Source of the DNA: Octopus sinensis
Lineage: Eukaryota
Assembly: GCF_006345805.1 (NCBI RefSeq)
Contig: NW_021834491.1
Span: 1-60,014 of the forward strand
Length of the DNA: 60,014 nt
Reading direction: 5' to 3'
The position numbers and the translations under genes are program-made. The notes beneath the pieces are model-generated. The model saw only the letters and a program-made list of their open reading frames with translations, was not told the origin of the DNA and ran no database searches. Of this stretch, positions 1-13,460 are shown one piece after another. How positions within the stretch are numbered: the stretch's first letter is position 1; every line of letters begins with the position of its first letter.

Positions 1-501
1 ACTCCCGGCCTTCAACTGGAACACAGTTTCTTACAATCATTGTCCAATTCCTCGAAATCATATTTTTTTTAATTACACAAAATTAAACAGGAACAGTTCT
101 CACAATTAATTGAGAATAGCACAATTCTCAAATTAAATTGGAAGCGGGATACGTCTCCAAACAGCAATTCTCACAATTGAACGAGAAAAACAAAATGCTC
201 TACTGCAAGCAGACCAAAGCCCAGAATCCAGTGAGGACTCCTTGCTTGTACAAAAAATAAATATCACAAACAACGAACCACCACTGAACCTAAAAAGCAA
301 AAAGTCTTACCTTACAGTAGAGCCTCTTTCAGTAACGAACTTTCGTCCGCTGTAAACCAGCGTGACGACTTCGATGGCATAATGAAGACAATTGAACTAC
401 CGGAACCGAAAGCATGCTTCTTAACATACAGGCACGCCTGCGCCTAAGATGTCAAACTTTACTTGTAAAGATCGCTTGAATATCAGGAGAAACATCATTA
501 G

Positions 502-700
502 GTAAGAATAATAAATAACACCTTATCTGCAACACCAGAACCTATTCTAAGTCCTGCTTCGAGAAGCAACGAAATACTTGAGACAGTATCGAACTCGTGT
601 CATTCTGGTCCAAAACTCAGTGCTTTATACGTTCACCCATTATTACAGACACCAGACAGCAATACCTTTATGAATAAATAGTATGTGAAACCAGAATATA
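502..700. repeat. ~200-bp dispersed repeat, copy 1 (copy 2 at ~1945-2140); possibly a diverged tRNA-headed SINE on the minus strand
   Basis: Shared core TATTCTAAGTCCTGCTTCGAGAAGCAACGAAATACTTG...GTATGTGAAACC in both copies; the minus strand has a B-box-like GAGTTCGATAC. Confidence 0.75.
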
Positions 701-931
701 TTAGTAAATATCAAAGACTTTCGTCAGAGATCTATTACTTGGTTACTGATACTATATATGTTTGTATGCGCACGCACGCACACACAAATACCCCCCACAC
801 ACATATACATACATACACACACATAAACACAGACACATACACCACGCACACACATACACACACATACACGCACACACATACATATATAGGTACATACATA
901 CATACACACATACACATACACACACATTTTT

Positions 932-990
932 TATAACTCTTTTCGTCATACATTTATAACCAGGACACTGAAACACACAGACAAACAAAT

Positions 991-1041
<51 letters not shown>

Positions 1042-1146
1042 CATACACACATACACGAACACTCACATATACGCACACACATACACACACTCACACGCAC
1101 ACACACATATAACTCTTTTCGTCATACATTTATAACCAGGACACTG
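932..1146. repeat. 39-bp direct duplication separated by (CA)/(TA) microsatellite
   Basis: TATAACTCTTTTCGTCATACATTTATAACCAGGACACTG at 932-970 and 1108-1146. Confidence 0.9.
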
Positions 1147-1167
1147 ATAACACACAAATACACAATA

Positions 1168-1206
<39 letters not shown>

Positions 1207-1944
1207 CCACCACACACACACACACACACACATAACAGAGTTAATTGTGTGTGTCTTTGTATAGGCCGTTGTGTTGAGGGTCTTTCGATTTGGTGTTTTA
1301 CTTTACTCTTCTTATCCTAGTCCCTCCTTCTTTTCTATTTTTCTGTCTGTCTCTCTGTCTCTCTGTTCTCCCATCCATTGTATCATTCTTTCTCCTTTTC
1401 TGCTCTTCTCTTTGATCTTCTTAGCGGAGGGAGACAACACTAACAAGGGGCGAAGAGCGAAGTGGGAAAATGCATAACAGAACGGAAAAGAGATAAATAT
1501 AGGTAGAAACGAATATACATACATACATATGTATATATATATATATATATATAAAGGGAGAGAGAGGGGGAGACAAAGATAGATAAAAAAGGGAAAAAAG
1601 GGGAGGTCAAAAGATAAGGGGAAATGGTGGAAGGTGATACAATAGTTGAAGACACGACCATCATAAACTATTGGAATTAGGTAACAAAAGACTTCAACAG
1701 TTACAGAGGAATAAAGTGCCTGTGACCAGGGTTTCAAAAGTATGTTATTATTATGACAAAATAAAGGGAATACAACAGTGCATGTGTGTGTGTATGTGTG
1801 TGTGTGTCAGTGTGTGTGCGGCAATAACATTCCCATGATGCAATTGCTGAAGTCACAATACGTGATCAAATATTAACGCGGAAAATATTTGGGAAACTAA
1901 AATTAATGTTAAGATAACGGCCTATGACATGGTAAGTCAATCAA

Positions 1945-2140
1945 GAATAATAAAAAAACATCCTTTCTGCAATACTGGATTATTCTAAGTCCTGCTTCGA
2001 GAAGCAACGAAATACTTGCAACAGTATCGAACTCGTGTCACTCTGGTCCAAAACTCAGTGCTTTATGCATTCACCCATTTTTAGACACCAGACAGCAATA
2101 GTTTTATGAATAAATAGTATGTGAAACCGGAATATATATA
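1945..2140. repeat. ~200-bp dispersed repeat, copy 2 (of 502-700)
   Basis: Direct alignment by eye with 502-700, high identity. Confidence 0.75.
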
Positions 2141-2141
2141 T

Positions 2142-2216
<75 letters not shown>

Positions 2217-2228
2217 TGTGTATACTTT

Positions 2229-2408
2229 TGTGTCAGTGTTTGTCACCCCCGAACATCGCTTGACAACCGATGCTGATTTATGTCCCCGTAACGTAGCAGT
2301 CCGGCAAAAGAGCCGATAGAATAAGTACTAGGCTTACAAAGAAAAGTCCTAGGGTGCTCCAGCATAGCCGCAGTCAAAATGACTGAAACAAATAATAGAA
2401 TAAAAGAA
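2229..2408 (+). mobile_element. SINE family A, 3' half
   Basis: Matches the 3' half of the full copies (e.g. 20641-21070): CATCGCTTGACAACCGATGCTG...GCTCCAGCATAGCCGCAGTCAAAATGACTGAAACAA. Confidence 0.85.
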
Positions 2409-2583
2409 TAAAATAATATATAGCATGCATACATACATACATGAGATACATTACATACATGCATACATGCGTACACACATACATACATACATGCGTACAC
2501 GCATACATACATGCATACATACATACATACATACATACATACATACATACATACATACATACATACATACATACATACATACA

Positions 2584-3480
2584 TACGCGGATTGAACAAT
2601 AACGCGGATTGAACAATATAATCAAAAACAATCTTAAATGTTAGTTTTTATTTTACGCAGTTGGTCCATCTTTGGCGTCAGTAACATCCATCTAGGAATT
2701 GACTCGTACAGCTTCTGAACAGTTGCTAAAGGAATTTTGAGCCATTCTTCAAATAAAATCTGCTCTAGCTTTTTATTTTGTTTTCTACTCTAGGCACAAG
2801 GCCGGAAATTTTGGAGTATGGGGGCAGTCGATTAGATCAACCCCAGTACGTAACTGGTACTTAAAATATCGACCCCGGAAGGATCAAAGGCAAAGTCACC
2901 CTCTGCGGAATTTGAACGCAGAACGTAAAGACAGACGAAATGCCGTTAAGCATTCGCCCGTCGTGGTAACGTTTCTTATTTCTTTACTACCCACAAGGGG
3001 CTACACACAGAGGGGACAAACAAGAACAGACAAACGGATTAAGTCGATTATATCGACCCCAGTGCGTAACTGGTACTTATTTAACCGACCCCGAAAGGAT
3101 GAAAGGTAAAGTCGACCTCGGCGGAATTTGAACTCAGAACGTAGCGGCAGACGAATTACCGCTAATCATTTGCCAGTTGTGCTAACGTTTCTGCCAGTTT
3201 TCCGCCTTTGCTCTAGCTTTTTAAGCGACAATAGCAGAAGGAAGCGACCCCTCATTTGCCATTCCACAGTACACCACAGGTGTTTAAATGCTTGATTGTA
3301 TTGAGATCAAAGGATTGTGGTGGCCAATTCAAGGGGTCTGCTTCCGTTTTGCGCTCTTTTCCAAATCAGATACTTCACACAATTTATTTAAATATATCTG
3401 CAACCCCATCCCACAAAAAATACTCCCCCCCCAAAAAAAAGGTAGATGGCCGTATCATGGAGGGCAATACTATGAACACT
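2584..3480 (-). pseudogene. Tc1-type DD34E transposase C-terminal remnant, split by a SINE dimer at 2776-3208
   Basis: Minus-strand translation with frameshifts: [61 protein letters not shown]...AKDGPTA*. This matches the Tc1 motifs WPxQSPDLNxIExLW and EEWxxIPxxxxxxLxESxPRR...GGxTxY. Confidence 0.82.
2776..3208 (-). mobile_element. Tandem SINE dimer: B2 (2977-3208) followed by B1 (2776-2975), inside a single 15-bp TSD
   Basis: Both units share the head and core GGCGGAATTTGAAC...GTCGACC...GAAAGGAT...ACTGGTACTT but have different tails. TGCTCTAGCTTTTTA occurs at 2761-2775 and 3209-3223. Confidence 0.88.
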
Positions 3481-3506
3481 TTGTCATAATGGCTGCTAAT
3501 TTTGAC

Positions 3507-3600
3507 ACAAGGGGTAAGACGATTACGTCAACCCCCGTGTTCAACAGGTATTTATTTTATCGACTCCCAAAGAGGAGGAAAGATAATGTCGACCCCGGTG
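3507..3600 (-). mobile_element. SINE family B internal fragment
   Basis: Degenerate GATTACGTCAACCCC...TTTATCGACTC...GTCGACCCCGG core. Confidence 0.65.
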
Positions 3601-3853
<253 letters not shown>

Positions 3854-4216
3854 TTGATTTAGATTTTCAGAAACGTGTCTTTCACGAAGCTGCCTCTGTC
3901 ACATCTAAAATGCATATTGCCTTATTCTTTTCCTTCGCATTTCTTTTCGCTCTCTCAATCTCCAATTATTCTTTGATATCCTTGTTGATTTTCCTCATCT
4001 CGCTTTTTGTTTTGCTTTCCCTGATTCAAATTTTGGTCTCCATACGTACATACATAGAAGTTTATCATTTAAATATATATGAGCATGTCTAGATATGCAA
4101 CTATATGCATGAGAATACATACATAAAAACATACAAATCTGAACATGCATTCAAACATACATACATACATACATACATACATACATACATACATACATAC
4201 ATACATACACATAAAC

Positions 4217-4330
4217 AAAAATACCCTGTTGTTGATGTTAAAATTCCAATGAAGGAGCCTTGGATCTAGTTTAGAAACCGGTACTTTCTCTATTGGCAAG
4301 AAAACTTGAAATAAACTGAATAATGACATA
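4217..4330 (+). mobile_element. Short unique insert within (TACA)n; probable 3' end of a retroelement
   Basis: Flanked on both sides by ACAT-type repeats; ends AAATAAACTGAATAAT, resembling the 3' ends of the R4/Dong-like copies at 32090-32103 and 33090-33106. Confidence 0.45.
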
Positions 4331-4353
4331 GATGCATAGACACATACATACAT

Positions 4354-4425
<72 letters not shown>

Positions 4426-4483
4426 TATGTGTGTGTGTATATATATTTGTGTGTATGAATATATCTATATATATATATACATA

Positions 4484-4526
<43 letters not shown>

Positions 4527-5511
4527 CTCCCTGCATACATACACACACACATATATATATATATAATATATATACATATATTTTTCCTCTATTTATGTAT
4601 ACCTATATTTTTCAATCTAAATATCTCTCTATCTCAATGTGTATACATATTCTCTCTCTCTATACACACACACATACACACACATATACACACGCATATA
4701 TTTACATATACACCGCACACTCACACATTCACTGATTTCTTTCACACACCACACACCCCTGCTTTATTCTCTTTCCTACAATTTTCCAGATCCTTCACCA
4801 CTTGATTTCCCCCCTTTTAATCCAAACTTCATTCTCTTTTAACGCATTGTTCCTCCTCCTACATTTCTCATTTACCCGCTTCTCTATTGCTTTTATCACG
4901 CTTTGTCTGAAGCTTTTCTTCATTTTTCTCTTACGCTGTTCCTTCATTTTCTTTCAATTACAATGGCGGCCTATCTTTTCCTTGAATGATTTTCATGCTT
5001 TTTATTTTCTCTCACCCTCCATCGTCTGTTGACAATGGTTCTTCTACTCAACTCACTGTTTCCATCCCTTTGTCGTAGGCTTCGTCGTCGCCGCCCGAAG
5101 TACGCAGATATATAGCCATTAAGCTATACTCTATGTATATGCATAATGTATGTATTCTAAGCGTGCATATATACGTACGTATCGATGTATATACGCTCGC
5201 ACGTGTGTTTTTGTGTAGTATATATACATATACATACACGCATACATGCATACATACATACCCACACACAAACATACATATGTACATACACATATACACA
5301 CACAAACATACATACATATGTACAAACATATATACACACGTACATACACACAGACGCACAGAGACACGGACACGCATGCATATGCATATGTATATATATA
5401 TGAGTATATATGCATACATGCATACATAGATCCATATATACATATATAATCTATATATATATATATATATTATATATATGTAATATATATCTGATCTACC
5501 TACCTACCTAC

Positions 5512-5659
<148 letters not shown>

Positions 5660-6357
5660 ATATATACAAATACGTTTCTATGTCAATAAGACATTTACAT
5701 GAGGATCTGCGTTAGTGTGAGATCAGAGAGATATAGAAGGATAGAAAATGAGAGCAAGAAACAAGAGAGAAGAGAGAGAGAGACAGAGAGAGGGTGAGAT
5801 GGAGGGAGAGAGAGAGAGCCATTTCGTTATATAGGCTGACATTCGAACCCTCAGTCATGTGACACCCAGATGAGAAATTTCACGCCCTTCTGCACCTCAA
5901 GCTCAGCCCCTTAAGAACATGATGTTGCTCCAAAATTTCTCTTCCCCGCACATACACACCAGCCAACGTTCACCTATTGTCATCGACATCCAATACTCTC
6001 CCTCTCCTCTACTTCTCCTTCTCTCTAGTCTGATAAAGGAAAGACACAAGGAGGGACAAGAGAGAAAGCAACAAAGAAACTGGAAAAGCACTTGTGCCGG
6101 TCGATCTTTGAGAGTGCTGTTATAGTGACAGCGACAACATTTTAAAGGCTGCCGTTTCTCTAAGACCTGCATTGATAAGAATCAAACTGCTTTAGATTTT
6201 ATACACTTATTCAATATTCCCTACAGAAAGACATTCTGATCTCATGGCATTGTGCCTCTGTTAAGGTGCCATTTAGAAACGCAAAGATGTGCAAAATCCA
6301 CAGGGCAATTTCTAAACTTGTGTATTTGTTTCACAATAGGATTATCGCCATCTATCT

Positions 6358-7630
<1,273 letters not shown>

Positions 7631-8619
7631 ATTCTTTCGACCCTTTCCTGTTTTCCGCTTTCATTCACTTATTTTATTCCTCTTCTTAACCTGCCTCGCT
7701 TTCTCTCTCTTTCTCTCCCCTCCCTCTCTCTCTTCGTGTCTCTTCCCTCTCAGATATGTCCATATATCTGTCCATGTGTCTGTCTGTGTGCTCGTCTGCG
7801 TACATCTCTCTAGAACTTACAACACCGATACAGATAACAACCCTGAATTATGGTTGATAATTTTGTAACCGTTACATACCTATGTCGTCAACAGCAGCAA
7901 CAACCACACTGTCACAGCAACAGCCGCATAACATCAACAACAGGTATACAATACCTGCAAGAGCCTCACAACAGTAACAACAGTCACACAACACTCACAA
8001 CAGCTACGCAACTGTAGCAATAGTGTCGCAACAGTCACGACATGTTTTGCAAACAACTTGCTCATGCAAGTGCTACTAGTCGAGGGTTCCGCATACCGGA
8101 GCCAGCAAGTGTATGGGGTCATCAGGTGAGAATGCGTGCCGTTTTGAGGCCTCCCGACGGCATAAATGCCCCGCCCCCTCCCCTCACTGATATGAGGCCC
8201 CGCTTGCTACATCAACTGGTTGTCAAATAAAGCTCAATATTCTTCTAGCCATCGCCCATCGTCTCCTTTACATAACCGAAACAATAGTTGCCCGACAATA
8301 ACGACCATATAATAGTGACAATGACAATACCATCATAGGATTTTGACAATAGCAAAGAAGTCGATGTGTTTGTGTGTATATGTGTATATATATATGTATG
8401 TGTGTGTGTATATATATATATATGTGTATATATATATATGTGTGTGTGTGTATATATATATATATATGTGTATATTATATGTATGTGGTGTTGTATATAT
8501 ATAATATGTGTATATATATATAGTGTGTGTGTGTATATATATATAATATATATATATATATAATATATATATATATATATGTGTGAGAGAGTTGGTATGT
8601 GAAAGCACCTGGTTGGATG

Positions 8620-8810
8620 TATAAAAGACAGACAAGAGTGAAAAACTACAGAAGGCTTGTGTTATATGGTTAAAGAATATATTTAAATCGTTATGTTAGA
8701 CAAATGTTACGCAAAATTTTATAACATTTGTCTAACATAACGAATTGAATATACTCTTTAACCATATAACACAAGCCTTCTGTGGGTTTTTTTCACTCTT
8801 TTTTGTCTTA
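8620..8810. repeat. ~190-bp near-perfect palindrome (MITE-like fold-back)
   Basis: Arm 8620-8709 is the reverse complement of 8722-8810 (about 3 mismatches in the inner 62 bp); 12-nt loop CGCAAAATTTTA; TA-rich flanks. Confidence 0.9.
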
Positions 8811-9009
8811 TATATATATATATATATAAAATGTATGTACTGTTATCATCCTCTCGTCCTATTTTTAGGATTGCATGAAGGCATCAGACGTGTAAAAAAT
8901 GCTGTTCTCATCTGAGCTGTTATTATTGCATGAAACTAATAGTAGCTCATAGAAATATATATTGCGCTTATTAAATAGCACACACACACACACACAGAGA
9001 AGAACGTCA

Positions 9010-9420
9010 GTTTGTTAGAAATAAATTTAATACCTACACAGATTAATATGTTAGCTGTAAGCTCCTTTCAGTACTTCATTCCTTATTGTACCTATAATTG
9101 CTCTTTCGTAGCGTGAAAGGCGTTTGAAGAGCTGATATCTTATATTGGAGTAACGTCTCCTTTCTGCATTAGCTCAATTTCCGCTTGTTTATTACGAATT
9201 TTCAAATGTCGTTTCAATCCTCCACACATCTAGCAGGTTTTTTTTTGACAGACATTGCATTGAAACTAGTCAACCGGAATGTGATTCTATTAGTTCATGT
9301 ATGCCATACCCATATAGGTATACTGGTGCAATCTCATACCAGCGTGAGATATGCACAATTTTGTAAATAAAGAACAGGGAATGAGAGTCCCGCAACACTA
9401 TTGATGTACATTAGTATACT
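9010..9420 (-). pseudogene. Possible Tc1/Tc3-like transposase N-terminal remnant
   Basis: Minus frame FKRLSRYERAIIGTIRNE resembles the paired-like HTH start (KxLSxxERxxIxxxxxEG); heavily decayed. Confidence 0.35.
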
Positions 9421-9467
9421 CTAATATACATGCATACATTCATATATACATGCATTCATGCAAACGC

Positions 9468-9550
<83 letters not shown>

Positions 9551-10276
9551 ATATATATATATGCGTGTGTGTATGGTGTGTGTGTGTGCGAATGTTCGAT
9601 AGGTGTAGAAAACAAGAGAGTTTGTGTTTAATTTTTTTTATTATAACATCCTACACTACATAAACTTTACGCGTGTTTCAACAGCGAATACCACTATGTT
9701 ATGCAATAATCACTGCGTGAACGATTGCGGAGTTACTTCGAAATGCCAGATCTTCAGAAGAAAATAGTAATTCATAATTATTTACCAGCATTAGTTGGTT
9801 GACTGTGTTAAGATAGAACATCAATACACGTACGAGCGCGTATATATACACAGATACACACGCAAACACACCGACACAGACACAGACACAGTCACACACA
9901 CAGACACAGACACACAGACACAGACACACACAGGCACATACACAGACACACATACAGACACACACACACACATATGCATACATGTATACAAACATACATT
10001 ATTCTCTGATGTTTTGCACATACTGGGAATTTCTGAATAACAAGAAATCATCGGAAGAAATGAATACTAATAAATGCATTAAGCACTACTTATGACTTTA
10101 TACCTAAACGATGGATTATTTCTCTATATAATTGATTTATACAGGAACAACAAATACATTTGGCCTATATTATTTTCTGGAATTTTTACTAGCAGTATAT
10201 TTTTGAAAGCTTTGAAATTAAATTTCAAAGAAGCAAATTCTTCGGACGATAGCTTTCGTGAATCAAGGCATATTGC

Positions 10277-10405
10277 ATATAATATAATATTATACAATAT
10301 AATATAATGTAATATAATATAATATAATATAATGTAATATAATATAATAATATAATATAATATAATATAATATAATATAATATAATATAATATAATATAA
10401 TATAA
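10277..10405. repeat. (TATAA)n pentanucleotide microsatellite
   Basis: Direct. Confidence 0.97.
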
Positions 10406-10467
10406 CTCCAACGAAAAGCAGCATAAACCATTAGAAATACTTTTACTTTCACAACAACAACAACGAC

Positions 10468-10712
10468 AATAGTTCGTGCATTTGGGATTGTGAATAATGA
10501 TACAGACAAATGGTTGAGGGCAACTGGAATGGATTGTCCTGTGGAGTTTCAACAGAAAGTTTGCCTCTAAGGAACCGGATAGATTATCAGAATTGGTTTT
10601 GAACATTTGGAAAATTATCGAAAGCTTGTGAATATGTAAGGTTACAGGTAGTAACCCGCTACTCACATAAATTCTATCAGGAATAAGACCAAACTGGAGA
10701 CAAGTCAAATAA
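10468..10712 (+). mobile_element. 5'-truncated R4/Dong-like non-LTR retrotransposon 3' end
   Basis: IVRAFGIVNNDTDKWLRATGMDCPVEFQQKVCL*GTG*IIRIGF corresponds to the R4-clade C-terminus (IVxGALGxV...LQKAxLLGTARIIR). It starts in (CAA)n and ends in AATAAT. Confidence 0.72.
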
Positions 10713-10727
10713 TAGTCATCTTAATAA

Positions 10728-11060
10728 TCCTTTCTACTGTAGGTAGAAGGCTTGAAATTTGTGGGAAGAGGTTTGTAGATTACATCAACCCCAGTTCTAA
10801 ACTGGTACTTTGTTCATTGACTCCGAAAGAATGAAAAGCAAAGTCGAGCCCGGTGGAATTTGAACTCAGAATGTGAAGACGAATGAAATACTGCTAAACA
10901 TTTTGCCCGGCTTGCTAACGATTATGCTAGCTCGCCGCCATAATTACAATAACAACAATTATAATAATCCTTCACTGGATGAAAAGATGAAAGGCAAAAT
11001 CGACCTTGGCGGAATTTGAACTCGAAACGTAGCGGTAGACGAACTACCGATAAACATTTT
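10728..11060 (-). mobile_element. SINE B1 (10728-10940) plus a B fragment (10968-11060)
   Basis: B core and head CATTTTGCCCGGC(G/T)TGCTAACG...GCTAGCTCGCCGCC. Confidence 0.85.
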
Positions 11061-11692
11061 GCCCGGCGTGCTAACGGCCGACTTAAATACAACAACAATA
11101 ATAATAATAATTTTTTAGTTACCGCTGGGGCTCTAGTTGAGGGGACATTACAAGGACAATTTACAATTTGTGTGGGATTATCAAAGAAGTGAAGAAGAAA
11201 GAGAGGGGAAGGTGAAAGAGATACAAATAAACAGTCTACAATATATTTAAAAACATCTTTGAAGCAGTCCTTCTCATGCAAGAAAATCTCCAACTAGGGC
11301 CAACCAAGGAACCTCAGAAACCCGGTATCACCCTGACCATGAAGGACACAAGCCTTCACCCGACTGTTGTTCTTCAATCTACAGGCGCATGTTTGGAGTA
11401 AACATTTTTGTTACATTCACCCACTTTTCATGAGTTCGATGGCGGAAAGTATTTTCCTCACTACCCTCACTTTCTTTCTAAGTAGAATATAAAAAAGTCG
11501 ATGAAGGATCAACCGAAAAGGAGAGTGTCTGATAATAATAATTTCACCATAAACCTAGAACGAGAATAATAAATATCGTTAATTCCAGATTTAATTATCT
11601 GTCCAGGAATAAAAATGGCGGAAAGGCTAAAGATCAGTTATGGAAAAAATAAGTCCATACAACCGCCTGTCCATAAACACACACACTCGCAA

Positions 11693-11975
11693 ACACATAA
11701 ATGCAGTCACACACATTCTCACACACACAATGCAAACATATAAATGCAAACATACACACACGCTAACACATAAATGCAAACGCACACACAATCACACACA
11801 CTCACACACATAACTGCAAACACAGACACATGCAAACACATAAATGCAAGCACACACTCACCCACACATAAATGCAAGCACACACTCACACACATAAATG
11901 CAAGCACACACACATACACGCTAACACATAAATGCAAAGACACACACACTCACATAAATGCACACACACGCACTC
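11693..11975. repeat. Minisatellite, ~22-26-bp unit ACACATAAATGCAA(A/G)CACACAC
   Basis: ATAAATGCA recurs about 9 times separated by CA runs. Confidence 0.9.
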
Positions 11976-11988
11976 ACTCACACACACA

Positions 11989-12040
<52 letters not shown>

Positions 12041-12657
12041 TAAGCAATTCATAAACAGAACTGTAGAATTTATTGATACTTAGAATATTCCTGTCCATCC
12101 GATACGAAGATGGAATCGATAATCAGTAAATGAACTCGAAAATATGATTAAGAGTTCTTGATGTAAAAATAGATTATCGAACAATCTTTTATTCTTCCAC
12201 TGGTTCCAGTTGTTGGGCTGCTACCATGCTGGAGCAGCTCCAACAAGGGAAAGAGTCAATCACATCGATCTCTGTACACGTTATAGTCTGCTATTCATTT
12301 AATTGTAATTTTCGTATTGTGTGTATTTTGTGTGTAAGCGCTTTCCTTGTTCAACTTTCCAAACACGTGATCTGGGATAATCCGTACAGGAAAGATTGCT
12401 TTTAGCAATGGCATCGAGTATTTCTGGTTTAGTTTCGGATTTAGAATTCTTATAAAATGTCTGTATAAGTTAGAGGTTCAGCAACCATCTAAGGGATAAT
12501 AAATATCCAATATACTACTGGATGTAGATTTGGCAACCCTGTGGTAGAAACAGCTGTAAGGGTTTAGTATTTGTACACTCATATATTCTTATTCGTTTAT
12601 TTTTATTTATATACTTATTTCATTTGTATATTTGGATCACTTACACATATGATTGTA

Positions 12658-12960
12658 GGAGCACTCCGTCGGATATGATCAACGGAACAGCCTGCTCATG
12701 AAATTAATGTACAAGTGATTGAGCAATCCACAGACCCGCGTACCCCTAACGTAGTTCTCAGGGAGATTCATCGTGAGACAAAGTGTAACAAAGCCGGCTC
12801 TTTGAAATACAGGTACAATTCATTTTTGCCAGCTGAGTGGACTGGAGCAACGTGAAATATAGTGCCTTGCTCAAGGATACAATGCGTCACCTGGAATCGA
12901 ACTCACGACCTTACAATCGTGAGCCGAATGCCCTAACCACTAAGCCACGCGCCTTCACAA
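12658..12960 (-). mobile_element. SINE family C (tRNA head + central domain + tail ending CCGACGGAGTGC), 13-bp TSD
   Basis: A box TGGCTTAGTGG, B box GAGTTCGATTCC; ACATATGATTGTA at 12645-12657 and 12961-12973. Confidence 0.9.
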
Positions 12961-13460
12961 ACATATGATTGTAATCAATTAATAAATAGTTATAACTGAA
13001 TGATTACAGGCTGATGCTTGTCGATTGTTTATCCTCTCCATTTTCTTATTTGCCTGAATTCTTATAAAATATTCTTTTGCCTTTCGTAGTTGAGCATTTT
13101 TGTTTTTCATTAAAAAGAAAAGGAAATATTTACAATTTAGCACTTGCACAAAAGTCTAGATAAATCTTTGATTTGCTGTTTGTGCACTCTCACACAACTG
13201 CTTAGTTCGCTTCTGTTTCTCCGTTGTAATTCTCGTTGCATTGTGGGTATGTGATGCAGTAGATGAAATTTTTCCTTTTGAAATTCATGTTTGCATTCGC
13301 CTTCAATTTATTGCCATTCTAGAATTTCTTGGTTGTTCCTTTATTTGTTCAATTATTTTACACGTCCCACACCGGGGTTGGGGGTGGGGGTATCTCTGCA
13401 GTTTGTTACTTGCATTATTTCTTTCTCCGATGGGAATCTCGCCTTTGTTATTCTTTTAAT

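Noticed and set aside
1865-1935. ETKINVKITAYDM resembling a cadherin strand, followed by GTAAGT
   Set aside because: Upstream stop, no acceptor, and no DxND/LDRE/DxG motifs.
7880-8230. CAA/CAG-rich, GC-richer stretch with donor-like sites on both strands
   Set aside because: All frames close quickly, no good acceptor, low complexity, no recognisable product.
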